Below the pieces are notes generated by a model. The model was given only the letters and a program-made list of their open reading frames with translations, had not been told where the DNA came from and made no database searches. This document shows, in pieces, positions 54,194 through 62,369 of a DNA stretch of 64,000 nt. The stretch covers positions 224,001 to 288,000 of the forward strand of contig CAWDLW010000008.1 of NCBI GenBank assembly GCA_963803145.1. Direction: 5' to 3'. Numbering within the stretch: position 1 is the stretch's first letter; every line of letters begins with the position of its first letter. The DNA is from Methanotrichaceae archaeon. Lineage in GTDB: Archaea > Halobacteriota > Methanosarcinia > Methanotrichales > Methanotrichaceae. A program made the translations under genes and the position numbers.

Positions 54194-54919
54194 GTGATAG
54201 TAAGATTTAGATTAGACGGAAAAGTTTGCGGTGGATCTCTGAGCGGAGAGCGGATTGTCTCAGGCGGCGAGATATACAACCTTCAGGATGTAGAGCTGCT
54301 TGCGCCTTCTTCGCCTAGCAAAGTCGTTTGCATTGGGCTCAACTATAGAGAGCACGCAAATGAGCTCAATATGAAGCTTCCCGACGAGCCGATAATATTT
54401 CTCAAACCGCCATCAGCGGTTCTTGATCCGGGGAAGGATATCATCTATCCCAAATCCAGCAGTCAAGTAGATTATGAGGGCGAACTTGGCGTGGTGATCG
54501 GGAAGAGGTGTAAGAACGCCAAGGCAGAGGATTATGCTGAATACATTTTAGGTTATACTTGCTTCAATGATGTTACAGCACGCGATCTGCAGAAAAAGGA
54601 TGGCCAGTGGACACGTGCGAAAAGCTTCGATACCTTTGCGCCCTTCGGCCCATGGATCGCTGAGATTGATCCCTTAGACGCAAAAATTCAGACGCGCGTC
54701 AATGGAAGCGTTAAGCAGAAATCAAACACGTCCGATTTGATCTTTAATGTGCCAAAGCTGATCGAGTTCATCAGCGGAATCATGACGCTGCAGCCTGGAG
54801 ATGTTATTGCTACAGGAACCCCGCCAGGGGTCGGACCACTTCAAAAGGGTGATGTGGTTGAGGTGGAGATAGAGGGAATAGGAGTTTTGAAAAATTCTGT
54901 TGCTCTTGTTGCTCTTTGA
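54194..54919 (+). CDS. Fumarylacetoacetate hydrolase family protein
   Basis: CIGLNY.EH, DYEGEL, NDVTARD, AKSFDTF, TGTP.GVG. Confidence 0.93.
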   Translation: MIVRFRLDGKVCGGSLSGERIVSGGEIYNLQDVELLAPSSPSKVVCIGLNYREHANELNMKLPDEPIIFLKPPSAVLDPGKDIIYPKSSSQVDYEGELGVVIGKRCKNAKAEDYAEYILGYTCFNDVTARDLQKKDGQWTRAKSFDTFAPFGPWIAEIDPLDAKIQTRVNGSVKQKSNTSDLIFNVPKLIEFISGIMTLQPGDVIATGTPPGVGPLQKGDVVEVEIEGIGVLKNSVALVAL

Positions 54920-55041
54920 TTGCTTTCTTTTTCTATAGTTTTCAGATCGCTTCGAAATATCCATCGCTTCTATTTCCTGCCCTATGGACTATTATCAGCT
55001 CTCCAATCAGCTCTCCAAATTTGTAATACTTTGATATACAA

Positions 55042-55054
55042 GTAATACTATTAC
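55042..55054. promoter_or_regulatory. Possible relBE autoregulatory operator GTAATA-C-TATTAC
   Basis: Perfect palindrome just upstream of the antitoxin; extra GTAATAC half-site at 55023. Confidence 0.45.
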
Positions 55055-55071
55055 GGTTTTGGTGGTTAATT

Positions 55072-55296
55072 ATCACTACATCTGTTTCCATAAGAATCCC
55101 AGATGATCTAGCACGTAGCTTAGAAAACCTTGCTAAAACGATAGAGCGTCCCAAAACCTACATAATTCGAAAGGCTATTGAGGAATATCTGGAGGAGTAT
55201 GCGGATTACCTGATAGCTCTGGAGAGGTTAAATGATAAGAATGACAGGATAGTCTCTAGCGATGAGATGAGGGACCTCCTTGGCATACAGGATTGA
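55072..55296 (+). CDS. RelB/CopG-like ribbon-helix-helix antitoxin with no canonical start codon (ATC/ATT); missed by ORF track
   Basis: (I)TTSVSIRIPDDLARSLENLAKTIERPKTYIIRKAIEEYLEEYADYLIALERLNDKNDRIVSSDEMRDLLGIQD; GGTGG SD upstream; overlaps the relE start. Confidence 0.82.
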   Translation: MTTSVSIRIPDDLARSLENLAKTIERPKTYIIRKAIEEYLEEYADYLIALERLNDKNDRIVSSDEMRDLLGIQD

Positions 55297-55298
55297 AT

Positions 55299-55540
55299 GT
55301 GACTTCCTCCCTTTCCCCTAAAGGGGAAGGGCTTCCTGCTTCAACGATTGGCTATTGCCATATCTCGACAGGCTCACCCCCTCAGTCCGAGGGTGCGGTT
55401 CCCGTTCTTAGAACGGTTAAGGTCGTCACTCAGCGTTCCAGGTTTTACATATAGGGCTTCCCTATACAACCAGATACCGTGAGTTCAGAGCAACTCTGCA
55501 AAGTAGCATTTTCAGCTTCCAGCGCAGACTTGACCTGATT
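55299..55540 (-). ncRNA. Putative TnpB omegaRNA (reRNA) scaffold at the element's right end; 5' boundary uncertain
   Basis: Structured non-coding stretch ending GTTGAAGCAGGAAGCCC-hairpin-GGAGGAAGTCAC, typical of IS605/TnpB right ends. Confidence 0.5.
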
Positions 55541-55654
55541 AGGAGATTATCATGATCAAATATATAGCTAATCCTGACAGCGAAAGTAATTCTGGAAAGC
55601 GTATGTCATTCGTCCCGTCCCTTGAAAGGGATGGGTCTTCTGCCTGCTTTCCCT
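55299..55654 (-). mobile_element. Non-autonomous IS200/IS605-family element (356 bp, MITE/PATE-like)
   Basis: Subterminal hairpins at both ends, right end ...GGAGGAAGTCAC, inserted 3' of TTAT on the minus strand, no target duplication, no transposase ORF. Confidence 0.85.
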
Positions 55655-55895
55655 ATAAGTACTCTGTCTCCTACGATCTAAAACATTTGGATAAGAGCAT
55701 TGCCAAGAGACTTATAAAAGATCTGGAGACTGCTTTATCCAGCAACCCACACTGCGGCGAATCTCTCTCGGGCCAGTTTAAAGGTATGTTTAAGCTACGC
55801 ATAGGAGATTATCGAGTCATTTATTCAAAAACCAAGGAAGGCGTTTTGATACTTCGGATAAGGCATCGCAGTGCCGTATATGAAAGATAACAAAT

Positions 55896-55970
55896 ATAAT
55901 TCAAAACCTACACTTTCATCTGGCGCTAAAACTATTGGCCTTATTAGCGCGCTCAGTCGCTGCGCGGACT
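55896..55970 (-). repeat. Island repeat copy R1 (partial), core 55923-55950
   Basis: GCGCTAA-N14-TTAGCGC; flanks match R2, R4 and R5. Confidence 0.8.
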
Positions 55971-56035
55971 TAAAGGGATTGCAATTTTAGGGATTATGAA
56001 TCGGATCCACTGTTACATTGCTTTTTGCGCCGACT

Positions 56036-56155
56036 AATAATTCAAAGCCCGCATTTGCTTCTGGGGCTAACACTAGCGGTTTTCCTAGCGCCCTCAGTCG
56101 CCGGGCGGGCTACCCCTAACCCCTCGCTGGGGGAAGGCTTTGGAGAACGCATGCT
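56036..56155 (-). repeat. Island repeat copy R2, core 56064-56091
   Basis: 65/69 nt identical (by eye) to inverted copy R4; outer flank resembles R1 and R5. Confidence 0.88.
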
Positions 56156-56598
56156 AAAAGGTTGAAGGGGATAAGATTAACTAATCCCTTAATCTGTTAT
56201 GCCGAGGCGCTAAGGAATTCATTAATATTTAGGAAATCCCCGGGATTCTTATAAATTAATATTTGATTATATTTCAAATCTCGGGTGTGAAATATATACC
56301 TGAAAAGGCAGAAAATTATATTACTAATATAATTAATAATGTGGATGGAGAAGGAAAAAGCACTTGGTCATTATATATCTTCCAAAAGCAATTAAATAAG
56401 CATTTTCATCGAAAATACGAAAAGACCGAGAAAAGATTATTTTGACTTAATTTCTTCGGGGATTTGCCCAAGCCGATCGACATATGCTTCTGCAAGCACG
56501 AATGCCACTGAAAATAGAATACTCCTTATTTATAGTTAATCCACGTAATTTTTACCTCATAGATACCCTTAAATAATTAATATACGATATAGCCGTTC

Positions 56599-57072
56599 AT
56601 GGGCAGGAAACCTGTAATTGTAAGACATATCTCGAAGGTAGAATTAGATCAATTGTATAAAGATGAGAGAAACATAAGAATTAAAGAACGGCTACTAGCG
56701 ATAATACATTTATACGAAGGAAAGAATGTATATATAGTAGCTGATATTCTTAAACGAAGTGAAAAGACAATAAAGAATTGGCTAAGCGATTGGAACAAAC
56801 AAGGATATGATGGATTGATACCACAGAATAGAAACGGCAAAGAACCAATGATATCTTTTGATGAATGGGATAAAATTATCGAAGAGATTGAGGACAAAGG
56901 AATGACTATAAAAGAGGTAATAAAATATGCAAAAGACACAAGAGGCGTAGAATATTCGTATAAAGGTGGTTGGAAGATTTTAAGATCAATAAAGAAAGTC
57001 AAATATGGTAAACCATATATTAGAAATAATAAGAGGCCTGTTAATGCAGAAAGTTTTCTAAAAAAAGGATAG
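56599..57072 (+). CDS. IS630-B transposase ORFA (HTH)
   Basis: Identical translation to 23871-24344. Confidence 0.9.
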   Translation: MGRKPVIVRHISKVELDQLYKDERNIRIKERLLAIIHLYEGKNVYIVADILKRSEKTIKNWLSDWNKQGYDGLIPQNRNGKEPMISFDEWDKIIEEIEDKGMTIKEVIKYAKDTRGVEYSYKGGWKILRSIKKVKYGKPYIRNNKRPVNAESFLKKG

Positions 57073-57128
57073 ATTCAGTAATAACAACAGTCAAAGAACC
57101 TATTATTGGATTCCTTGATGAAAGCTCT

Positions 57129-57596
57129 TTGCAACAGCGACCTAATACACGCAGGGTTTTAAACACCCATATGCTAAATTATCAACCTGGAAAAGTTAGG
57201 TCTAGAACTGTTTTTGGGTTCATTGCATTGAATGGAAATGATGAAGTTATGGTCTCTCACTCATCCAAGAAAGAAGATTTAATGATCTTCGCCCAAAAAT
57301 TGAGAAGTAACAATATTATGAGACCAATATGTATTGTCCTAGATAATGCTAGAATACATCTAGCTAAGAAGTTTAGGGCATTAGCCCACGAACTTGATAT
57401 CCATTTAATATATAACGTGCCATATTCCCCTGATTTAAATCCTATAGAGTTCGGTTGGAAGGATTTTAAAAGAGAGATATCAAAATATACTGATTTTGAT
57501 GAAGCTATTGAGGATGCCCAAGATTGCGCTTTACAAATATTTTATTCCAATAAAGATGGATACTCTAAGTCTTGGATAAAGCAGTTTATAAGGTAA
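57129..57596 (+). CDS. IS630-B transposase ORFB (DDE)
   Basis: Identical translation to 24401-24868. Confidence 0.9.
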   Translation: MQQRPNTRRVLNTHMLNYQPGKVRSRTVFGFIALNGNDEVMVSHSSKKEDLMIFAQKLRSNNIMRPICIVLDNARIHLAKKFRALAHELDIHLIYNVPYSPDLNPIEFGWKDFKREISKYTDFDEAIEDAQDCALQIFYSNKDGYSKSWIKQFIR

Positions 57597-57665
57597 AAAG
57601 TTGGGAGAATGACTATAAAATCTCCAGCCAAAAAGTTTTTGGTTAGTTGCAATAATCCAATTTGT

Positions 57666-59033
57666 ATGCAGCTCGAAGAGCCTTGTATTGAGCTAGGGCA
57701 ACGAATGGAAACACCAAATCAACCAATTGAAATATACCGTGGAGGACTAAAGGTCGAATATAAAGGAGTAGCTGTTCATGGGAAAGGGAGGATTTTCGTT
57801 AGGTGGCTACCCATGCCCGAATTATGGTTCGAGATGCAATTTTGCTATAAGTGTGGGCTTACATATCCAGCAACCATATCATCTGGTGAAGCCGTTGATT
57901 ATCTCATGAAAACAGGACCTAACCAATCTAGCAATTGGTTAAAAATCACTGGAATTCCTGAATTTGCCGCAAAAAGTAATGATCACTTATTTCCTAGCAA
58001 AGCTAAATTCCGTTCTATGCTGCGTAGCATTCGAGACCCCGATATCTTTGCCGGTAACATATACTTCCCACAGTCAAATAGGACTTGCGATTACATCAAA
58101 TTTTATCTAACAAATTTTAGGAGATTCAGAGATTTGAAATTAGAGGAAACGGCTTGGAGGTTAAAACTCGATGAGATCGATTTCACTAAACACCCCGATG
58201 ATGAATCGGATATCCTAGAAGGGAGGATGAAAAAGACCGGCGGGTTCATAATAACGCATGCTTGCACATTGGAACAATTAGATAAATCTACCTTTTCTCT
58301 TTCTGATGCTATAAATTACCTAAATGCTATTTATTTTTTCACCTCTTTTCTGAGTGGTACATGGTGTGGCCCAGCCCTTGCCAGAGGAATTATGTCTGAA
58401 CAAACAGTTTGGCAGGGTGGCATTCCTGATCGTTTGACTATGTGGACTTACCAAGGTGGATGCATCAGAGGATGGATGGGGGACATTGAAGAATTGTTTA
58501 AAAATTTCATGGTAGAATGGAGAGACAGAGAAAAACAAGATGCAATAAAGAGTTTAATACAGTGGTACGTGGAAGCAAATTTAAACGCAGGAGGAACAGA
58601 AGGGTCAATAATCCTCGTTCACTCTGCCTTAGAGCTATGTACTAACCTGAACGGGTATGAGGAGGAACGCCCAGCATACTGCATGATACGTAAGCTTATC
58701 AAAGATCTTAAAGTCAATTCTGATATAACTAGCAAACAGGCGAACTTGAGATTAGTATATGATGATAATAACTACAAATTAAGAAGAAAGGGCAATCTCG
58801 ACATATGGGACGGCCCGAGCATCTTTTCAGAACTAAGAAACGCAATTGTCCATACTAGAAGTACAAAGAACTATAGGCCGCCACTTCATCAGGTTCCAAA
58901 GGAAGCGAGGGATGAGGCGCTAGATTTAGGACTATGGTATCTCGAATTGTGTATCCTAAAAATGCTGGGGTACAAAGGGCAATATCTAAATCGTGTCAAT
59001 ATAGAATATGAAAAAGTCCCTTGGTGTTCCTAA
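57666..59033 (+). CDS. ApeA/YopA-like protein with C-terminal HEPN RNase motif (putative defence protein); native start likely 57666 or downstream
   Basis: Rx4H motif ELRNAIVH preceded by SALEL helix; ends with YLELCILKMLGYKGQY.NR; low GC. Confidence 0.68.
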   Translation: MQLEEPCIELGQRMETPNQPIEIYRGGLKVEYKGVAVHGKGRIFVRWLPMPELWFEMQFCYKCGLTYPATISSGEAVDYLMKTGPNQSSNWLKITGIPEFAAKSNDHLFPSKAKFRSMLRSIRDPDIFAGNIYFPQSNRTCDYIKFYLTNFRRFRDLKLEETAWRLKLDEIDFTKHPDDESDILEGRMKKTGGFIITHACTLEQLDKSTFSLSDAINYLNAIYFFTSFLSGTWCGPALARGIMSEQTVWQGGIPDRLTMWTYQGGCIRGWMGDIEELFKNFMVEWRDREKQDAIKSLIQWYVEANLNAGGTEGSIILVHSALELCTNLNGYEEERPAYCMIRKLIKDLKVNSDITSKQANLRLVYDDNNYKLRRKGNLDIWDGPSIFSELRNAIVHTRSTKNYRPPLHQVPKEARDEALDLGLWYLELCILKMLGYKGQYLNRVNIEYEKVPWCS

Positions 59034-59148
59034 AATGGTAATATAGATTAGGTCTATATTCAATGCCTATGCCCTCTAAAGATCAGGCTTTCCAGGTTTT
59101 TTATATTCGCGGATTGAGTAGGATACCATACCTGAAGTGGACTCAGGT

Positions 59149-59205
59149 GGAGCGCGCTAATATAGCCATTAGCTCTAGCCCAAAAAGAAGTTTAAGATTC
59201 TTAAA
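59149..59205 (+). repeat. Island repeat copy R3 (partial), core 59154-59181
   Basis: GAGC-GCGCTAA-TATAGCCATTAGCT-CTAGCCC; most similar to R1. Confidence 0.68.
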
Positions 59206-59223
59206 TAAAAATACTAGGGTCAA

Positions 59224-59496
59224 ATGAGTTCTAGTTCCCATGATTGCTGCTGTTACGCAGGCAAGATGCGTGAGGGCAAGCATGAATTTATGGCAAGAGT
59301 TGGAGATGAGATAGTAGTCATCAAGGATGTTCCGGCGCTTATCTGCGATATCTGCGGCGAGGTCGAATACACGCCTGAGGTGTCAGAAGAGATCGATGTG
59401 ATTATGGAGGAATTCTTTGCTGGGCGGCTGCTGGCTAGGCCACTGTCGGCGGGGGAGGTTGTGTTTGGGCAGCAAGATGCGGGGTCTATGGGATGA
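59224..59496 (+). CDS. YgiT-type zinc finger protein (MqsA N-terminal-like)
   Basis: IVVIKDVPALICDICGEVEYTPEV motif. Confidence 0.85.
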   Translation: MSSSSHDCCCYAGKMREGKHEFMARVGDEIVVIKDVPALICDICGEVEYTPEVSEEIDVIMEEFFAGRLLARPLSAGEVVFGQQDAGSMG

Positions 59497-59707
59497 GCGT
59501 CGCATATATGGCTCTAGAATCATTGTGGGATGAACTGAAAGTGTGGAATGTAGCTGTAAAGATGAATGCAAGGCAGGAACACATGCTCACTGCCTGTTCC
59601 AGAACCACCTGTAGAATCCTTTTGGCGCAGGTCCGCTATTATAGTTAATCATTGAGCTTATTGCCCTATAGATACATTTAATAATTAATGCGTGAAAATA
59701 CATAGGC

Positions 59708-60205
59708 ATGGGTAGAAAACCTATAATAATTAGGCATATATCAAAGATAGACCTTGATAAATTATATAAAAAAGAGACTGATCTAAGGATTAAGGAACGG
59801 TTATTGGCAATAATACATTTATATGAAGGGAAAAACGTATATGAGGTAGCTGATATTTTAAAAAGGGGCGAGAGGACAATAAAATATTGGTTAAGCAGAT
59901 GGAATAATCAAGGCTATAATGGATTGACACCAAAGAATAGAAATGGCAAAAAGCCAAAGATGTCTCTTGATGAATGGGATAGAGTTATTAAAGAAATTGA
60001 AGACAAAGGAATGACGATAAAAGACGTATTAAAATATGTAAGGGATACAAGAGGTATAGATTTTTCATATAAATATGGCTGGCGAATTTTAAGAGTAGTG
60101 AAAAAAGTTAAGTATGGGAAACCATACATCAGAAATGAAAAGAGGCCTGCAGATGCAGAAAGTTTTTTAAAAAAGGATAAAATCAGTGCTGACCACTGTT
60201 ACTGA
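59708..60205 (+). CDS. IS630-A transposase ORFA (HTH)
   Basis: Homologous to IS630-B ORFA. Confidence 0.9.
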   Translation: MGRKPIIIRHISKIDLDKLYKKETDLRIKERLLAIIHLYEGKNVYEVADILKRGERTIKYWLSRWNNQGYNGLTPKNRNGKKPKMSLDEWDRVIKEIEDKGMTIKDVLKYVRDTRGIDFSYKYGWRILRVVKKVKYGKPYIRNEKRPADAESFLKKDKISADHCY

Positions 60206-60713
60206 TCCTGTTATAGGATTTCTTGATGAAAGCTCTTTACAACAGCGCCCTAATACACGTAGAGTCTTAAACACTCATTTAATAAATTATAAACCTGGAA
60301 AGGTTAGATCAAGAACTATTTTTGGATTTATAGCATTAAATGGCAATGATGAGGTTATGGTTTCCAACTCCTCTAAGAAGGAAGCGTTGATGGCATTTGC
60401 TCAAAATATAAGAAATAATAATATTATGAGGCCAATTTGTATACTTTTAGATAATGCTAGAATTCATTTGGCCAAGAAATTTAGAAAACTAGCTGAGGAA
60501 ATCGATATTCACTTAATTTATAATATCCCCTATTCACCAGATTTGAATCCTATAGAATTCGGTTGGAAGGATTTCAAAAGAGAGATCGCCAAATACACTG
60601 ATTTCGATGAAGCTATTATAGCTAGCCAAGATTGCGCTTTAGAAATATTTTATTCCAAAAAGGATGGATATTCAAAGTCCTGGGTGGAGCGATTTCTTAG
60701 TGCAAAAAGCTAG
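60186..60713 (+). CDS. IS630-A transposase ORFB (DDE), in +1 frame relative to ORFA
   Basis: FLDES, LDNARIH, PYSPDLNPIE. Confidence 0.9.
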   Translation: MLTTVTDPVIGFLDESSLQQRPNTRRVLNTHLINYKPGKVRSRTIFGFIALNGNDEVMVSNSSKKEALMAFAQNIRNNNIMRPICILLDNARIHLAKKFRKLAEEIDIHLIYNIPYSPDLNPIEFGWKDFKREIAKYTDFDEAIIASQDCALEIFYSKKDGYSKSWVERFLSAKS

Positions 60714-61784
60714 GAGATTAACTATAATAGTGTTTGCTACAAAATCCCGCTTCGTCTTCTCTGTCTGTCCTCTTCTAGAGTCGATGTAATTGGTATAAGT
60801 AGCCATGCCATCGAGCCCAGGCAGCACGATCACTTGAACGTACTTCTCATCATAGAAGCAAGGCAAAAAAGCCGCAAGGGATTTGATATCTTCAGGCTTC
60901 CTAATGACACCAACCGATGGTGCATGCATTTCAGGGACGTTTCTGCTGCGGCCTTCCATGTAGTTCAAAGACCAGGGAGCTTTGCCTTCATTGATGATCT
61001 TCCTCACGAAGTCCGCTTCTGGCGACAAGATGTACTCATACCCAAAACAGTAAAACATCATTAAGAATGCAGCGTGTACAGCAGACAAGACCCTATTATT
61101 CAAGGCCGAGTGGGTATCGAATGAATAGCCCATCTTAAGCTCACTAGGATTGGATGCATGAGCTTCAAACTCTTCATTAACGGCTTGGTAGTTTGGATCA
61201 GCCCAATTCGTGGCTTTGAGCACTGCTGTAGGGCCGTCTTCATAAGAGATAATAGCGGCAGATGATTTATCATTAGCCCTAAAACGCACGAGTCTCTCAG
61301 TGCCAACTTTCCTGTGCGCCCAAGCAATGGCCTCTCTCATGTTAGCCACGTGGGAATCGTACTTCGAGCCTATCTTGGAATTGCAGTCACCACATTCGAG
61401 CGTGGTCATATGGCCCCCTGCGTTTTTAGGAGCAATGTGGCCGAGGGTTAATGCCTGATCAACGGCCAGCGCAGATCTATCGAAATCTTTGAGGCACACA
61501 GGGCACCTGAAGGTATCAATAGTTTCAGGTTCCACTTCCGATAGGTTCTGAGAATATATGTTGAAAAGAAGCTCTCGGTGTTCCTGAGCATTGAGGCACA
61601 TGGGATCTAAATTGTAAGCTCCGAGATATTTAATGCTTCGAGCATATCGAAGCTAGTACTTTAGCAAAAAAGTAGTGCAGCATAACCAGTGCTGTCAGCC
61701 TCAAGCGGTATCTATGGGATAGTAGTTACTGGTTTTCTTTACAGACAATTCTACTATCAGCCCATTCGTGCGAGGGCTTACTAC

Positions 61785-61898
61785 AGCATGCGTTTTCCAA
61801 AGCCTTCCCCCAGCGAGGGGTTAGGGGCAGCCCGCGCGGCGACTGAGCGCGCTGTAGTCACCGTTATTGTTAGCCCCAAAACGCCCATGACCTTTAAG
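61785..61898 (+). repeat. Island repeat copy R4, core 61849-61876
   Basis: Inverted near-identical copy of R2. Confidence 0.88.
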
Positions 61899-62012
61899 GC
61901 TCATACATGGCCAATGAAAAACTTGGCATCAACAAAGGTTTTTCATGGGAAAGTAAATATAAGGCAGTTAAATTGTATTAGCAGGTGCAAATGCTACGAG
62001 AAACAAAAGAAG

Positions 62013-62222
62013 TCATTCGAGCCTCTCTCCGTCCATTGGGGGCTCCTTTTTAACGGGCTCTATTTTGATATAGATTCCTTTTTTATCTGTTTCGAATCGC
62101 CAAATCAGCTTATCACCTTCCTTTAAATCAAATTGTCTGATAACGCTGGATGGTACTGTAGTGCGTAGGGATTCGCTGTTCCTATTTGCTTTGGTCAAGC
62201 TGGTGATTTGACCACGTGGCAT
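62013..62222 (-). CDS. AbrB/MazE/SpoVT family DNA-binding protein
   Basis: SLRTTVPSSVIRQFDLKEGDKLIW motif. Confidence 0.85.
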   Translation of the reverse strand: MPRGQITSLTKANRNSESLRTTVPSSVIRQFDLKEGDKLIWRFETDKKGIYIKIEPVKKEPPMDGERLE

Positions 62223-62369
62223 GCCTAGTCCATTGCCCGGTTATATTATATAACATTACCGAAATATCTGCCAAAATTTCTATCTAAATAGTTTGGATTA
62301 CTTGCGCTCCTTGCCAGTTAGCTTTAAATATCTTTAGCCCATTTATAGGTAACTTAAGAGGTAATATAA

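Larger units (their letters stand above)
55280..55890 (+). pseudogene. RelE/ParE family toxin interrupted within codon 7 by a 356-bp element
   Basis: Removing 55299-55654 gives TTG-AYRIEYKYSVSYDLKHLDK...GESLSGQFKGMFKLRIGDYRVIY...ILRIRHRSAVYER. Confidence 0.88.
56533..57615 (+). mobile_element. IS630-family element type B, copy 2 (1083 bp)
   Basis: Same ends and ORF translations as 23805-24887; TA on both flanks. Confidence 0.95.
59642..60724 (+). mobile_element. IS630-family element type A, copy 2, uninterrupted (1083 bp)
   Basis: TAGTTAATC / GATTAACTA terminal IRs, TA duplication. Confidence 0.95.
59587..61601 (-). pseudogene. HNH endonuclease gene interrupted near its 3' end by IS630-A (current ORF 60672-61601 ends inside the IS)
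   Basis: CPVC, TLGHIAP...GG, LECGDCNSKIG; removing the IS restores ...ANTINSGPAPKGFYRWFWNRQ-stop. Confidence 0.78.

Noticed and set aside
54920-55060. tRNA or att site at the left island border
   Set aside because: No cloverleaf or matching direct repeat was found at the other end; only a local ATCAGCTCTCCA duplication.
55299-55654. IStron (group I intron-IS hybrid) that would splice out of relE
   Set aside because: The element is antisense to relE, ends in TCAC rather than G, and shows no recognisable group I core.
56206-56234. Sixth copy of the 28-bp core (GCGCTAAGG...TTAGGA)
   Set aside because: Only the left arm matches; the right arm is poor and off by one base.
56263-56445. 60-aa ORF upstream of IS630-B
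   Set aside because: AT-rich, weak start and no motif; probably spurious.
57609-57665. ORF-track start of the HEPN gene at 57609
   Set aside because: That ATG lies inside the IS630-B right end, so it cannot be the ancestral start.
61689-62126. 145-aa ORF, and likewise 63256-63489
   Set aside because: Both read through the non-coding island repeats (the first is also antisense to abrB) and show no protein-like features.
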